DNA of 64,000 nucleotides from Lingula anatina (taxonomy: Eukaryota; Animalia; Brachiopoda), in the NCBI GenBank assembly GCA_051362555.1, contig CM120643.1, positions 24,184,848 through 24,248,847 on the forward strand, in the 5' to 3' direction. The position numbers and the translations under genes were made by a program. This document shows, in pieces, positions 1-15,300 of this stretch. The notes below the pieces were generated by a model. The model searched no databases. It was not told the origin of the DNA and was given only the letters and a program-made list of their open reading frames with translations. How positions within the stretch are numbered: the stretch's first letter is position 1; each line of letters starts with the position of its first letter.

Positions 1-189
1 ACTGAAGCTGCTGGGGGGGGGGGGGAAATAACTATCGTTTTGCAGCTTCATTAGGCGTGCCAGATATATAAGCCACTTAAGCTGAAAGCAATTTAGCGAG
101 AAACCCCTTGGAGATGGATCGATCCTGTTAGATTGTTCTAGGCATGGGAACCCAGTCTAAGACATGTCGACCAAGCCTGATTCTTAAAA

Positions 190-688
190 GTTGTTCTGTT
201 TCGGCATTCCTTTGAGAGTGTACTAACACAATCTTTCACCGTCTGGTACGGTACTGCTACAGCAGAGGACAAGAATCGCCTCAGTCGTGTAGTTAAAACT
301 GCCAGGCGCATGGTAGGTAGGGACTTGCCGTCAATTGAATGTTTGTATACGAGACGAGTGCTAAAGAAAGTGAAGTCAATCACGGGTGACCCTGGTCAAA
401 CAGCGAATAGCCTACTTATGCATATGTCATCATCCGACTACGGTCATTAAAAGCAACCTCCACGCGCACTAAAATATATAGTTTTAATCCATCAGCAGTA
501 CGTATTTTTAATGAACAAAATGTATTTTAATTACCGTCTGGTACGGTACTGCTCCATCAGCACTACGTATTTTTAATGAACAAAATGTATTTTAATTATT
601 CCATTGTTTTACATTTTATCGACAGATCATACCAATTTTCATTTTATACTTGTATAAATATGACAATAAATTATTATTATTATTATTC
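190..688 (+). mobile_element. 3' fragment of a Rex1/Babar-type non-LTR retrotransposon
   Basis: Translates as FESVLTQSFTVWYGTATAEDKNRLSRVVKTARRMVGRDLPSIECLYTRRVLKKVKSITGDPGQ..RLRSLKATSTR..SFNPSAVRIFN, matching the Rex1-type post-RT C-terminus; ends AATAAA plus (ATT)n tail. Confidence 0.75.
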
Positions 689-3600
689 ACCATTTTCAAG
701 GTCCGAACCTATTGTAAAAGAGCTTGTGACAGTAACTGTCCATTTGTCAGAGTTTAGAAGAAAAAGGAGAGGAAAGTTAAGGGATCTTTCAGAATGAGTT
801 ATGTCGATCCAGCTAATGGGTACTAACTCAAAGGGGACTCTTGCTGAATGCAATCAGATTAATCACACCTCCTCTTGGCGAGAGCCCCCGTGGAGTGCGT
901 GCTCCGTAGTTAGTACGATAGATTCATTGTGGACGCTATGGTCTTCTTTGTTTTACAGCCCAATCAGTAAGCCTGCTCCTGTGTTTTATGCCTGTTTTAC
1001 TGGAGGCATCTTCTCTGATGTCCTGTTCTGGTCTGTTGTCGTATTCGTGTATCCAGGTGTGAATAGTATTATCCCACTAAGTCAATTGTTACTGTATTCG
1101 ATACCCAAGTGCACAGCTGACATAGAAAAAGTCCTTTAATTTGAAACTATTACATGTATTCTGTAGGGTAATTCACTAAATACATTTATTTAGAATAACT
1201 TTCTCAATCTTTGCATTTTCACTGGAGCTGTCCTTCCATTGGGTTCAATTAAACAGCACATGCCAAATTAGATGACAAAATAAAGATCGCATTAAGGAAA
1301 GTGCTTGTGAAAAGGAATCCGTTCGCACGATTATAGCATGATTAGAGGAACCCAGTTTTCTGGGAAAGCGACCTTTCCCTATACGTCCCACGATTTTATT
1401 GAATTTACATGTATTCCAAAACAAGCATCATCTGGTTCATCGTCCCACTTAGCTTTGTGCCGCTGGTAACATCTGTGTAACTCTGGCCACATATAGGAAA
1501 AGAAGTAGAGAAGTTAGAAGTTTTGTAGCCAGACTGACTACGCTGAATTTCAGTTAGGAAATAGCCAGAGAGAGAGAGAAGAAAAAGAAGAAGAAAAGAA
1601 GAAGAAGAAGAACTGGAGTCGAATTGCCTTAGGAAAGTTACAAACAAACAGAGAATGAAACAGACATGCGATAAAATTGTAGTAAATAACAAAAACGAAA
1701 AAAAAAGCTGGCTAATGTGTCTTGTTAGTACAGGTAAAAAAAACAAACGAACGAAGAAAACATCTACTGTACCTCACAGAAATCAATCGTTTAAATTAGC
1801 ACATATTGTATTGGTAAAATAAACAGAATCAATGTATCTTGTATTCAGACTGCAACACAATAGAAAGGCCATTATTCCAGGAAAGAATGGTGATATAACC
1901 AACTTAAAAGCAATCTGTTGTGATGTTTCTTACATCTCGCAACACTTTTCATTATCTTTTGTTTGACATAAAAATGGTGTGACACAAAAAAGGCGTTGAA
2001 CAAACCACAAACATAATCCTCATGCCACCTTATAGAATTGCTCTGAAAGCGTGTTGATGCAACCGCATTCGCCATAAAAAAGCGCATAGTAATTAAAATC
2101 AATAACAGACTTTGGTACACAATGTGTTTTCCATTCTCAGGTTCGTCTCTCGGCTCTAGCTGCTTGCTTCTGTCGCGTAGGAAGACTGATCTAACGCCGC
2201 CAGAAATTAACCTTATATGTGTCCTAAAATTTCAATAAGATAATCTAAAGGCGCTTTCTTTGCATTTATTTCTAGCACTGTCCGCGTGTCAGTAAAATAT
2301 TGTCATATCAAGTCTATTAAGTCAATAAGTTTGTCTTTTATTTCTGTCCTTTATTTCTTAAAGCGAATTTTGGTATTGAAATCCAGTGACTTTAAATGTG
2401 CATGTTTACATGTTTACATAGAGCATTTTTACTTTGTTATTGGTTTTATAGACATCGATATTATGCTTCACTCTGTCCATGGAGGTATATAAATGTGTGT
2501 GTGTGTGTGTGAGTGTGTTTATTTGGTAAAAACTTCAAAATACGAACTAAAATCGAAAAGATACAGTGTTTTGACTGAATGAAAAGGTGGATTTTTATTG
2601 ACAAATGCGACCGAAATTTCATGAAATGTGCCAACAATTCACTCTCCTTTTTTCAGGCTCAGAATGCAAGTTTGAACTTTTCAATTGAGGTTGATGTGAA
2701 AAGACACAAGTGAGTGCAATATTAAGGGACAAGTAATTACGACAATACCTCCCGCTTATGCCCCTTCCCACTACACACACACACACACACATCGAGCCAT
2801 GCGATATCTCGGTCAAGACATGAATAACAAACCAAATATTTAGGATGATTGATTCTTGCCCATTGAATGCCGTTTTCATTTACTATACCAACCCCATGTG
2901 GGGTTTTATGATTTCAAATTAACTAATTGACAAGCTAATCAAAATTGCAATTCGAATGATTGATAAGAATACAAAAATATGGCGTAGCCAAGATTTTATG
3001 TCATTTGTATATAAACTAGTTTTATGGAGTTGACGTTTTACACACTACACGTTTGATTCTGAATCGTTAATCTAGTGAACGCCACTAGATTCATGCTTGA
3101 ACTTTAGTTGACTCCACACGCTACTACTAGAAGTTCATGCTGACAGCGCATCGTTTCAATGGAGACAGAGGGCAGAACTTTCGGACAAGCTAGACCGGAT
3201 TATAATCCTCTGAAGTCAAGGCAGACAGAGGCAGATGACCGCCTTAGACACAACTTGGACATTAAAATTATATGTAAAAGCTCAAAGGGTGTTTCTCTAT
3301 CTGTTACTGAAATCAAACCGCTTTCTACTCCCCTCTATACGCACCATTTTGCCACTCCGTAATAATGAATCCATATCGAAATACCCTTAGTATCTTTATT
3401 AATCGATATGAACCAATAAATGGGCCACAACAACCCAATAAAATAGAGATATTTCGCTCCGAGGCAGTTGAATTTTAAACGATCATTCAGTTATCCGGTT
3501 TCTGTTTTCATTTAAAATCTGGAGCGAATGGACCCTAGCTATTCTCTGTTGCAAATAGCTTTAATCGATAGAACTCATCATGTAAATTAAATTGAAGCCA

Positions 3601-3692
3601 TATTGATTCATTTAGGATTTCGGGCAATGCGAGTATGTGGTGAGAAAAAAAAGAGCTGAAAATGTCGCGTGTCCTGATAGGGAGAAATGTAT

Positions 3693-3861
3693 CAGGCCCG
3701 TAGCCAGCAATTTCAAAAGGGGGGGTGCTTTTTCTGAAAAAGTGGACCTTTTTCCATAAAAACTTGATGTACCTAGATCAAATTTTACCCAGAGTGGACC
3801 TTTTCTCAGCAAAAGGGGCGGTTCTTTTGAACCCCCGACCCCCCCCCTGGCTACAGGCCTG
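3693..3861. mobile_element. MITE with CAGGCC termini and 5-bp TSD
   Basis: TIR CAGGCCCGTAGCCAG / CTGGCTACAGGCCTG; TGTAT duplicated at 3688-3692 and 3862-3866. Confidence 0.8.
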
Positions 3862-6279
3862 TGTATCAACCCTCTTTGTCAAGTCGTGTTCTTTACAGCC
3901 TGCAAGAAAACGGACGCACATTGTCAATTGCAAGGCTTCCAGTCGAAACCTTCTAAATGCTATCAAAATCTCAAATATTTTATCATTTAGGGATGTTGAT
4001 AGTCAATACTGTTTTTTTTTCACAAATCACATCAAGACCGAAATTGGGTTGAATCTGATTATGTTTAATTGTATACCAGGGAATCTTATATAAATCTTTC
4101 CTAAATAATGCTACCGCATGGAATACAAGCACATGGTGGAAAAGCGCCTTTCTTGTAGAACAAAAAATACGGTAAGGAAACGGAAAATGAAACGCCAACT
4201 AAACGTGAAATATATCAATATATAACGCGACATTAGTATTTCTTACAATTTAAAAACAGCAAAAAAAATAGTATTTAGATAACTCGATCACATATACTGC
4301 AGTTTTTCCACCGGATGTATCTATTGAAGTCGGTTTGAATACGACGCAAAAAAAAAACACCCTTCTGATGATCTATTCGTAGCCATGGCCTTTATACTAA
4401 GTTGATGAAAATTATCAGACAACTAATAGATGTGATTTGCTGCAATATGCATATTGTTTTTAAAGCTATTTCTGGAATTTCAATGTCTGTATACGGACAA
4501 TGAGTAGCACCCTGGCCACATACGTCATTTCCGCAATAAAAATTCACTTACGTTCCGAAGTCTTCCTTAGGATGTCGCAACGTCATCATTGTTTTAGTAA
4601 AAATCTATAGATATACATTAAAGTCTAGAAATAACTTGACAAATCTATGTATAGATCTTATACTTAATTGCTCGAGGTTTCCTTTTTTCACTTAATAATG
4701 GTATATTCTCTCATCGAAAGGACGAGTGGTGTTAAGAAATAGAAGAAACAGACAAAGAACACATGAATGAATGAAGATTTCCTAGAAGACAATGTTGTGA
4801 GCTTGTAAGCAAATTGCCACTTAGATACCAGTTGTCCTTCATGCATTATTCAATAGCGATAAATCAAAGTCAAATGTGCTATTGTTGTCTTCATTAATGT
4901 CCCACCATTCCTGTCCATCCCTCACTTCTCTGTAGGAGTGGCGCTGGTAGTGGTCAGCAGAACTGGGTTAATTGCCGATGATTTGACCATTGGTCTTGAA
5001 TTGTTCTCCTCCATGTGCATTTACTACACGTGTGATGTATCCTGTTGTTGTTGTTTTGTATTGTTTTTAATCCCAGACACATTATACAGGCACATTAACA
5101 ACGTTAAATGGACATTATGTCGTCAATGTATTCAGACAGGTCGAGTTCTATGTTCTTTGACGATTTTGTGAACTTGTGGGAAAGTTGACACTTCGCCACT
5201 GAATGCCATAAACTGAAAGCCGGCCGTACAAACAATTCCCAGACAGAATGAATTATTTACTGAACGTTTTGTTTCCATACTTACCATTATCGCAGAAAAG
5301 ACATAACGACTGTACAGCTGTAACAATTGTTAATTTAATAACAGACGAATTCAGAGTTATTTGCAGTCCATTTTTATTATCATTTCAATGTCTCACTGTT
5401 AGATAAACTTTTATTGTCACCCTTAAGTTCGTCACACGATTGATGAGTCTATCTTGGTAATTATGCACTTCTTATTAATTCGTTTAATTGGTTGCTGTCC
5501 TTCATTTTGCCCTTGAATAATGTAAATGTCGTGTTTTCAAATAAATACCATAAAATGTACATTGGAAGGCAATGAATGCTGCTTCAGAGAAATGGAAGTT
5601 AATAGGCACTATTCTAGATATTCCAAAGTCTCACGCGCGATTTTGCGGGATTTGGTCGACAGTATGGTAAAAACTGTGACAGACAGTTCAGATTTTTATC
5701 ATCTGAAAAACCTGATTTGACAGCGTTCCTAACAATAACGCCCCGTTGATTGTTTGTTGGGATGAATCAGCTCATATCTATCTTCAAGTTAATTTAAACA
5801 AAGTGGTTATTTTGAAGATTGCATATGACTGTTTACCCCATGGTCGAGGAACTTAAGAGAGAGATAACCTTTAAAAAGTTTGATAAAAATGCGGGGCAAA
5901 TGTCACTTTAAGATATTTATATTTGGTTACTATTGTACAATCATGTATATTTTCTCATTTTGCCTTTCCCATATTTTTAATATTAAAGTGCATATTAAAC
6001 TGCAAAGCGATTCAGTTACGAAAATTTATAGCAAATTTTGAGATAACCGGACCGCCCTCGATATATATATATATAGCGTTGCATTTTTGTGTTACGTTAT
6101 TCACAAACAACAAACTCAAATTAAGAGAAGAAGAAATATTGACATTTAACGCTGCAGTTTCAGTTGAACATTTGATATATTAGCAAGAAGAGTTGTTTTC
6201 ATCTAAATGGGTCGTGTCAGAGCAATCAATGTTAAAATATTGCAAATTGTTAGTTTGTGTAAGGTACTTTTGAGTTCAA

Positions 6280-6620
6280 ATTCATTTATTCAGTATTACA
6301 GGCCTACAGGCCAAAAGTAAATCACAATTTATAACTATACACTTTGTAAAGCAGACTGGAATAATATCACAGCGGTAAACGAACCAAAGCATTTCATTGA
6401 AACCGAGTTTAATTTTTTCTCACATAAAGTGGTAGCAAACTAGTAAGTACTACATGTATTAAATTTGATTGTATTTGACATAAAGGATATGCTATACCTA
6501 CAAGAAACAATGGGTATCACAATTCTGATTTAACTTTTAACATTATTCAGTGGATTCATACAAACGTGCCATACGGACAAACAAAATAGTTCTCATTTTA
6601 TAAAAAATCTCACAGAAGAC
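6280..6620 (-). mobile_element. Possible highly degraded LINE 3' end
   Basis: Minus strand shows remnants resembling a C..C...E.E.(H/Y)F...C C-terminus, followed by GGCCTGTAGGCC..AATAAA and a short TTGAA tail; heavily decayed. Confidence 0.3.
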
Positions 6621-9091
6621 ATTCAATGTATCTTATAAAAGATATGATAATACATTAAAAAACAATGTGAAAATACATGGAAAAATAAGCAAAGAGGTCA
6701 AACGTGCGATAGAAAAATCGAATCATATAACAAATGGAATGGATGCCACGATATATCCAGAAACTGTTTCCATTATGCCTTTACAAATCTGGTGTTCACA
6801 TGTTCACCAAAATGGCTTGTCATATCCCACGGCATTCATGTGGCATGCCTGCACTCTCACGTTCAAGAACTTAGAAAATTGTTTAAAATACTCTTTTATA
6901 CAGTGTATGTCTTGGTTGTAAAATACACGAAGATATAGAAAAAAAAACTTTACCCCTCCCCCTAAAAGAAAAAACCTGTGTTGCGCAATGCCAGACAATT
7001 GCAGGCATTTTCCATTATAAAAAGTTGTAAACTTGAAACAGGAAGTCAATTTCGGTCACAAATATTAAACTTGAAAGACAAAGCCTTTAGCAATATCAGC
7101 GTCTCTGATATGTTTTATATCGGATTAATTATGACACAGATAGTGCCAATAGCCCCTCGTTAAGTCCTACACATTTACTACATAGCAAAGGGAAAAAACA
7201 CCCATGGTCAAATCAATGCCAAGATTGTTTAACAAATAGAAATACGGTGTATTGGTATTAGCAAGACTATTATGAAAATAAAGTATAATTCACTCCCCCA
7301 CACATCAGGGCCTGGCTTAATTAATCAAAACTGCATAGTGCTTTCTTGTGGATAACACTGTCCATGGGATAAAATGTTTCAGCCTTGATGACACCTGGTC
7401 CAGATGGCTTATATACCACAGCACCTGGGCCAAATTCTATGGGCATTTCTGGGATGACGAAAGCCAAGACATGGGTTTACTTCTTATCCTGATAAAATGT
7501 CTAGCTCTACTCAATGTGCTTCCGGTTTGGAAGTTCACCCCCACTGTTCTTTGGTGTCTATCACATTGATAGTGCGTTACCAGGAACCAGTTTCTAGACA
7601 GTATTAATAATGGAGAGCTAAACGTGTTCCAGTTGTATCCAGTTTTTATTTTTGTTAAAATGATTAGCAACATCCCACTGACGACGGGCGCACTTATCAT
7701 CAATTAACCCATAAACGGCCTATTAACGTGGTACGTGAGGTAAATATTAAACCTTCTAAGTAATACACGTCTTGTACAGCAGATCGGTAATATTGTTACA
7801 CCAAAATAGGAACGTCTGCCAAAATAAGATTACAGTACGTCTGGTGTTTCACGTAATGAAAAACAGCACATTTTAAATAGCCATAAACGAATTAAGTAAT
7901 ATCCGTAATGGGATACTAAAAAAAGAGGGGGTGCCATAAGAATTAACTATATCGCTCATGTTAGCCCTCCATATACCAGGTCCATACTGAAAACAATTGT
8001 CAAGAAAATTATACCATTTTAATCAATTTATAGTTCGCCCGTTTATTTAGTATTTCAAATAACATTTTGGTGCCCCTTTTGAAAATAAATTTGAACAAAG
8101 TTTATTTGACAGTATTCAATATAAATAACACACACATGTCAGACGCACCTATTTTGGCAATGAACATTTTTTGGCAGGACAATATTAGTCACTACTAGTA
8201 CTGGTATGCATGTTCTGTTTCAAACAAAAAAAAAAAGAATGTACTAGTGTATCCAAATACCATGACAACATTGTTACTTACAAAAATGTGCTCAGATGTA
8301 ACTAAAATGTGCACTGGTGCAAAACACAATTCTCGTTACTTGCTAAAAATAGCGAGGTAACTATTTTGTTTTCTTAGATATAGCGTTTAAATTACCATAG
8401 AGACAACGTCTGCCATTTATCAGATCTGCACTCTGTACGGAAGCACAGAAACAAATGTATATTGTTATATTTCACTGCGCCACAATGTTTCAGTGTCAAA
8501 AAGAAAGGCGAATGAAATCTCTCATGGCTTACAACCCAGAAACTTGGGAATCTTATTAATGGAATTCTATCAAGTAATGAGCATATAAAGCAGTGAATAA
8601 GTTCCTCATGACCGTCTACTAACAGGTCGATTACGGCAGTTTAATCAAGCAGTTGCTGGGAGGGGGGGTGGTAGTAGGCACTGAGCCCCCCCCCCCTTTT
8701 TTTTCCAAAACAAAATCATGGATCCGTCCACTGAAACTTCCCACTGAAGGAGAAAATTACAGTTCAGAGAGTCTACAGAAGTACGACAATAAGGAGAGGA
8801 AAACGAACACCTTTTCGGATTGTTCCATCCGCTACTTAACAAAAACAATGCTGTCCATTTGGTCTGTACGTGTTTCTGTTTTGGCCAGGCTGGTTGGTAC
8901 GTTGAGTGTGATATATACCCGATTTTACGTTGATGATATTCAAGTAGGACCAATATTCCTTCAATGTGCAGTTCCCGCTGCTAGCCGCAGCCAAAAAAAA
9001 GACGATAGACGTATGTTCAAGTTGTTGTGCGTTCACATATTTTGAGTTTCATATTTTTGGCCGATGCTACCATCTGACCGTTTCCTTGTTC

Positions 9092-12000
9092 TTACATAAG
9101 ATTAAAATCTTCGCAAACTTGGTGAGAATTTCGTCTATTACGACAAGGAGACAGAGTGAGTCTATCATACAAGTCTTTAGCGAGATCTACCGGTGATTTA
9201 GACTTTCGGCGTGGTCTGTCCTTGTAGGTACCGCCACCTGTCGTGAATTCCCGAAGCCGTATATGTGTCAGAATGCCAACTAGCAGTTCGTCCGCATTTA
9301 TTTTCAGAAGTGCTGACGTTTCGATGAATTTGGAATTAAATCGCATAGCCAGTGCTTTTCCGTCTGAAAAGAATAAAAATTGCAACGTTATTTGCTAAAA
9401 ATAAACCATTCCACGCTTGAAGGAGATTATTAACTTTTGTAACTTTGAGGCTTTTACTTTTTAAATGGCCTAAGTACTAAGTACATTATAGGCCTATTGA
9501 TTTAAGGAATCGATTTAAAGGTTGGGACAGGTCCTCAAAATTCCAAAAGCCAATCCGATTACTTCAAAGTAGTGAGTAAGTTGCTTTATTTAGGACAAAT
9601 TTCATTCATGTTTCCTGCTTTTCCATTTTTTACTTTTTTTTTCATTTCTATTGTTGTACGGTACATTACAGTGGCAATTGGCCAAAAGCTAAAAATTAAA
9701 GAAGCATGATGATTTAATTACGACCATATCCATATTTATCGATCTAAAATACTTGAGTTCATTACGCTAACATGCTAACAGGTTAATGATGCATTTACTG
9801 GAAACTTGAATGAATGAAGCTAATTCAAGTCTATGATCATTAGTACATACTTATAATCGACCCTAGATATGAAATGTTATCGGAAAAGTTCGCTACGTAG
9901 GCGTTCAGTAATCATAATCCAGGCCATTTAAGAGGACGTTCACTTTTCATTATAAAAGTTCACTGTAGCAGAGAAAGACAGATGTAGTATCTCCCGATAG
10001 ACTGTTTCGACTCGGAATATGTAATACTGGAAAGTTACTTTTGTTTCTTTAAATCTTTATTTGTAAATTATTTTTGGCTGTTAAGATCGGTGTACTAAGA
10101 GGATATACTATTCACATTTGAAAGTATCCTAAAATCATTTGCATGTCAAATTATCCTGCAAAGCCATTTATCTTCACAATCCAGACAAAGAAACGATGGA
10201 AACCCTCCTATAAAAGTACATAATGTCAATTATTCTTTCTAAAATGTCCGACGAACATGTAAATGAATCGCGATTAGCTAAGAACTTATTTGATTAGAAA
10301 TGCCAAAAAATATCGAATCCTAGCACAGAGATGGGTTGTGATTCCTGCGTATAAGAAATCGCTTTTTATCTCGAGAAAAAATCGGATGTGATGCAAAAAA
10401 TCTCGCATAGGATATCTTCTACGCCATGGAAATCATCGTGATTAACGACAAACTTGTCCGAAAAACCACTTGCATCGGGTTATTACTAGCTCTATGTATA
10501 ACAACAAATACCGGTACTTACTTAACAGGCAGACATAAACGGCAATAAAATCCGCCTTAAAATAAGGAGTATACTTTTGTCTCTCCATTTAAATTGAAAA
10601 TCTATCTTGTCATCGAAATTATTTATTCCTTGTGATGAGGGGTGTGTGGAGGAAAAGCAATTTACTTTAAACAAAGACATGAGAATTTCTTACTGACCAC
10701 TGTAAGAGTCATATACCGCAGTTTGTAGTTTCGCCGCAGTCAGTCTTATACTGCATTGGTTTAATCTAAATTCGCCCAAGATACAACGAGGTGGTTGTTC
10801 ATTCTAACCTTAGTTTTGAGTATATCTGTGGCATTCATTATCTAAAATGTATTATCGATTGTTTTGGTTGTTCCCCAAAAAACATGTCCTAAAGCGAAAC
10901 ACATACTTTCATTTGTTAAAAAGTAATGACGTGGGCAGTTCGTCTTGTTAAAGGGGGATGAGAAAAATATCCTCATAGGTCCTGTACTGAGGATCATTTG
11001 GCAAATTGGGTAAATCAAGCTGGTCAGCTAGTTACGAATCTCGATGTCATAGTCATTACTTGTAATCAATGTGCGCAATATTTCAGACAACAGATATCCT
11101 GTTTGGGCACAATAAACGACGCTGCACGCCATGTTTTTTATTCGCGTGTCTCGTTAATCTGTAAGTCGGTAGGCATTTTTGTCTCAGGTTAGAGCCTGGC
11201 CTTTCTTGGGGCGAATAAGATTTCATGTCCTTATATTTCATTTCCGATCGAAGTCCTGTATGACATTTGAAAACGATTACCTGGCACATGTTGAAATAGA
11301 CTAGTATGTGTTGAATATCATATATATCGAGTTTAACCCATTAATCTCACGAAAACTGCATGTCTTTTTCACCTGCAGACTTTTTTTCAGGTTAATTCTT
11401 GATATGGCGCCAGTTTTTTTTCTTTACGTTATTGGGCTTGCCCAGCGGCGGTTTCAGTATCAAAAGGCACGTTGTTGATATATTTTAGATCCCTGTGTTA
11501 GTCAAAAATGTTTTGTAAAAATCAAACAGCATACATGTAGCCTATATAATCGAAAGCAGTTAGATGTCACACTCAGATGAGATAATTGAGTGATTTAGTC
11601 TCGGCTCCCGCTAAAGTCCAGTTTACACGGAGTGATTGAACGTGCGTGACTCGTTTATCAGCTGAACACGATACGGTCTTGATTGCCGCCAATGCCCACC
11701 GTATAAACCATGCAGATGTGCACATGGCACAACGTCGATTATTTAACGTCGATTGTGAAAATTTTCTTAAACAAAACATGGCGCTTACCGGCTGTCGACA
11801 CTGCCCTACCCCGGGCAAGATCGGTTTTATTTCCGACTAGAATAATAGACCGGTCCTTGGTCTGCCCACTTTTTAGTTCTTCAAGTAGTCGCTCAGCGTG
11901 CTTGAACGAGTCTTCGTTGGACACGGCGTACACGATGACGTAGGCATCGGCGTGGACGTCTCTCGGCCAGTCTGTGTTCTAGAAAGAGAAGCTGAATGTT

Positions 12001-12197
12001 AGTTATTGGTGCCAGGCACTGACGAGTGGTTTAGATGAATTGAGATAGGTATCCCCATGTGTTTTGAAAGAAAATTCCTTGGGGCAAACTTTAAAAAATC
12101 TTAAGTCAGTTTTGTAGGCTGCAAAGTATAAGCCAACTAATAACGCAAAGACAATTTTGCGTAGTCGGCAGTCCTGTTCAGCGAAGTCCAAGAATGC

Positions 12198-12230
<33 letters not shown>

Positions 12231-12274
12231 TGTATATATGTATGTGTATGTGTGTGTGTGTGTGTGTGTGTGTC

Positions 12275-12344
<70 letters not shown>

Positions 12345-15300
12345 CTTCTTAGTGAATGTCAAATCTGCTGAACTATTAGAAAATATGCACGCTTACAACC
12401 TGAGGGGGTTTATATATACCATTAAGAGCGGATGAAGAAAAACAAGATTTTTATGGATTATTTTTTGATAAAAGACAGTGCGCACTGCTCAGAACGCTTA
12501 ACACCTGGAAGCAATGCATAAAATCACAGATTCCTTTTTCCAGATGTTACCAAAGGAATCTGTAAGATCAGTTAAAAACACTGATATTGCCACATAATTC
12601 ATTTTTGTTTCAAGATGTAAATTGCTGTAAACAAAATATAGACACCACCTTTTACGCACGGGGCCAGAGTCAAAATACTGTGAGGGTCAAAAAGAAAGGT
12701 AACATTGGTACATGTAAAAACAAGTATGGGGGCCAGTTGTATTTAACCTGAAAATTGGTCATGAACTTCTGATAGACCCACTACGGATTTGTCTTGGATT
12801 CGAGTAGTTTAAAATATTAGTCTAAATGTTATAAGCAGTGTTAGCAGGGCATTCACAACAGAATACGGCGGACCCTACATGAAAGGAGAGCCGACTAATC
12901 CGCTGATGGTCTCCCTGCCTCCGCACGCGCCACTGAACGGATTAAATCACGGCTTCCAGGTTTAATTGTTAGACCCCTGCAAGGACGGCGCGTGTGGAGG
13001 CGGGGATACATTTTGTACCATCAGTGGATTAGTCGGGTACGCCATATTTGATCCGTGGATCAGTAGATCCGAGGATCATCTGTTGTGAATCCCTTCATAG
13101 CAATAAAGCTTATTTGTGTCGCCGATGGTGGACTTAAGGCTTATTCCCAGTAAAAATATCGGTTCTTGTAGATCCAACTCCGCGGGGACTCTCGCTGAAA
13201 TGCAATCAGATTAACAGATTAACACGCCTCCTCTTGTTTACAACGCACTCATGCAATCACCAGCTTCTCGGTATAGATATTCAACACCAGGAAGAGGCGT
13301 ATTAATTTGTTAAACTGATTGCATTTCGCGATAGTCTTCTATGAGTTACATCAATCTACGTGCATAGAACGTAGGTTTCATTAGTTGATCAGACCGCTCT
13401 CAGAGTAGCACCATACCGTGAATGTAAACTCAGTCTCAGCTACTTGTTCTGTCAAGGGACCGTGCATAAAGGACAAAAAAGGGCAATTTAAATCAGTTTA
13501 CCATCCATTGCCTTCAATGGGCATACAAACAGAGAGAATGATGCATTACAGGTTATTATTATTCCATAACACGCCACTCACCTCAGCCTTTGATGGATTA
13601 ATAAACACAAGCTCGGCTTCTTCCCCATTAAGGACGACTGATATTGACGTCTGGCTGTTGTCCACTGGAATGAAAGGCGGTTTAGAGCGTCATTAATATG
13701 ATCATTGTGTGCAATGATGGTCAGGGGAAATTGGCCAAAAGTTCTCCTCCTTCGAATGAAATATACATTGAAAATAATAGTAAAATTAAAAGGAAATATA
13801 AGATATAAAAAAAATACAGCTATTCGCCTATTGCACTTCTGGAGAATGCTCCTTGCCAAATGATTTCTTTATTTAAAAGGCATTTTCTTGATATCGTTAT
13901 AAAAATGAAAGATGCATATTTGGCATCAAACTACAAAACAACGACGTGAAAATGACGCGTCGATCATCACCCCTAATCTGAGATTCTTACGCTCAACAGA
14001 GCTCTTTGCCAAATCTTATTACGGATCCTCGATTGAATAAGCATCTTTCTTGGCATCGATTTCTCAAAAAAAAATCTTTAAGTTGCCACACATATTTGAC
14101 ACCAATTTTTCCAAAGGACTGAAAGTGATGCGCCATTTCCCCTAAGAAAGGCAATTGGGAGCAGAGCCATTGCCCTTAACAGAGTTCATGCACAAATCTT
14201 ATCTTGCAATTATTATTCAGTTGCGTAGAGGGACATTTACTCTTATGCAAGAAGAAATGCTTAGTCAGATCCAGTTTGGACTATTAAAACAACCAATGCT
14301 AATGCTTGGTGTTCAGAAAAAAATCTACATTAATTGACCGCCATCAGAACACGTGGTCTAATGGACTGGTCAATTACGAAACCCTCAGGTAAAAAAATCA
14401 ACGTGTTTATGAGCTTATCCAACATAAAAAGTCTTACTGTTGTATATAACCGTTCCCAGTATTAATTCCTGCACTCAAGGTCTGGATCAAAAGTAACGCT
14501 TTATTAATCTCTGACAGGGACCCGTTGTGGCGTTAAATCTAGGGTTCTCACTCGCTGAACCTAATTTCTCCGTCTGAACTCACATGATTAAAGAACATCT
14601 GTGAAATCACGGGAATACATCCAGGGATCTAATTACCCAGTTTCTAAGAATTCTCATCGATATTAAGACGCGCTCAGATATACTTAGATATCAGCAACCC
14701 AAAAAAGGTGTATCCTGTCTTTATTGATTTATTTTTAATTGTTGTACCGCCTCCCGGGACTTCACATCAAATGTGAGGGAAGAATTTGATGTAAACATCC
14801 TGAAATTTTTATATCTCAATACCAGAAACTGCGTTGTAGTGATTGAAATAAAGTCTCTCGACGCCACTGTATAATGCACACGGTTTATCTTAAAAGTACA
14901 GGGTAAATTTTGTCATAAGGAGATTTAATCACAAATGTGTTGCTAGGAACAGAAGCGCTGCTTCCTACCACCCTCTACCAGGACCCCAGAGAGATTTTTT
15001 CACCAGATATTTCTCTGGCTTATTTCTGTGCTCTCCAGCGAGGAAATTTGCACAGAACTTACGTCATCACCCCACTGACTTCTGGTTGAGGAGACCTTCT
15101 AAACATACACTGTAGTCTAAAGTCTTCAAATCTAACCACCAGTGGACAAAAATAAAGCGTTGACATCTAGACTAATCGCAAGCCTTCGTCTGGCTTTATA
15201 TTCACGTGGTAGGAAGCCCCGTGTTAAAAAATAGCATTTATAGATTCTGATTTAATTAGTGCTGGTGATATATATTGTCTCAGACATTTTTTCTGTGATT

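Noticed and set aside
4850-5045. Possible exon with an acceptor-like CTTCTCTGTAG and short ORFs on both strands
   Set aside because: No homology recognised and no partner exons found.
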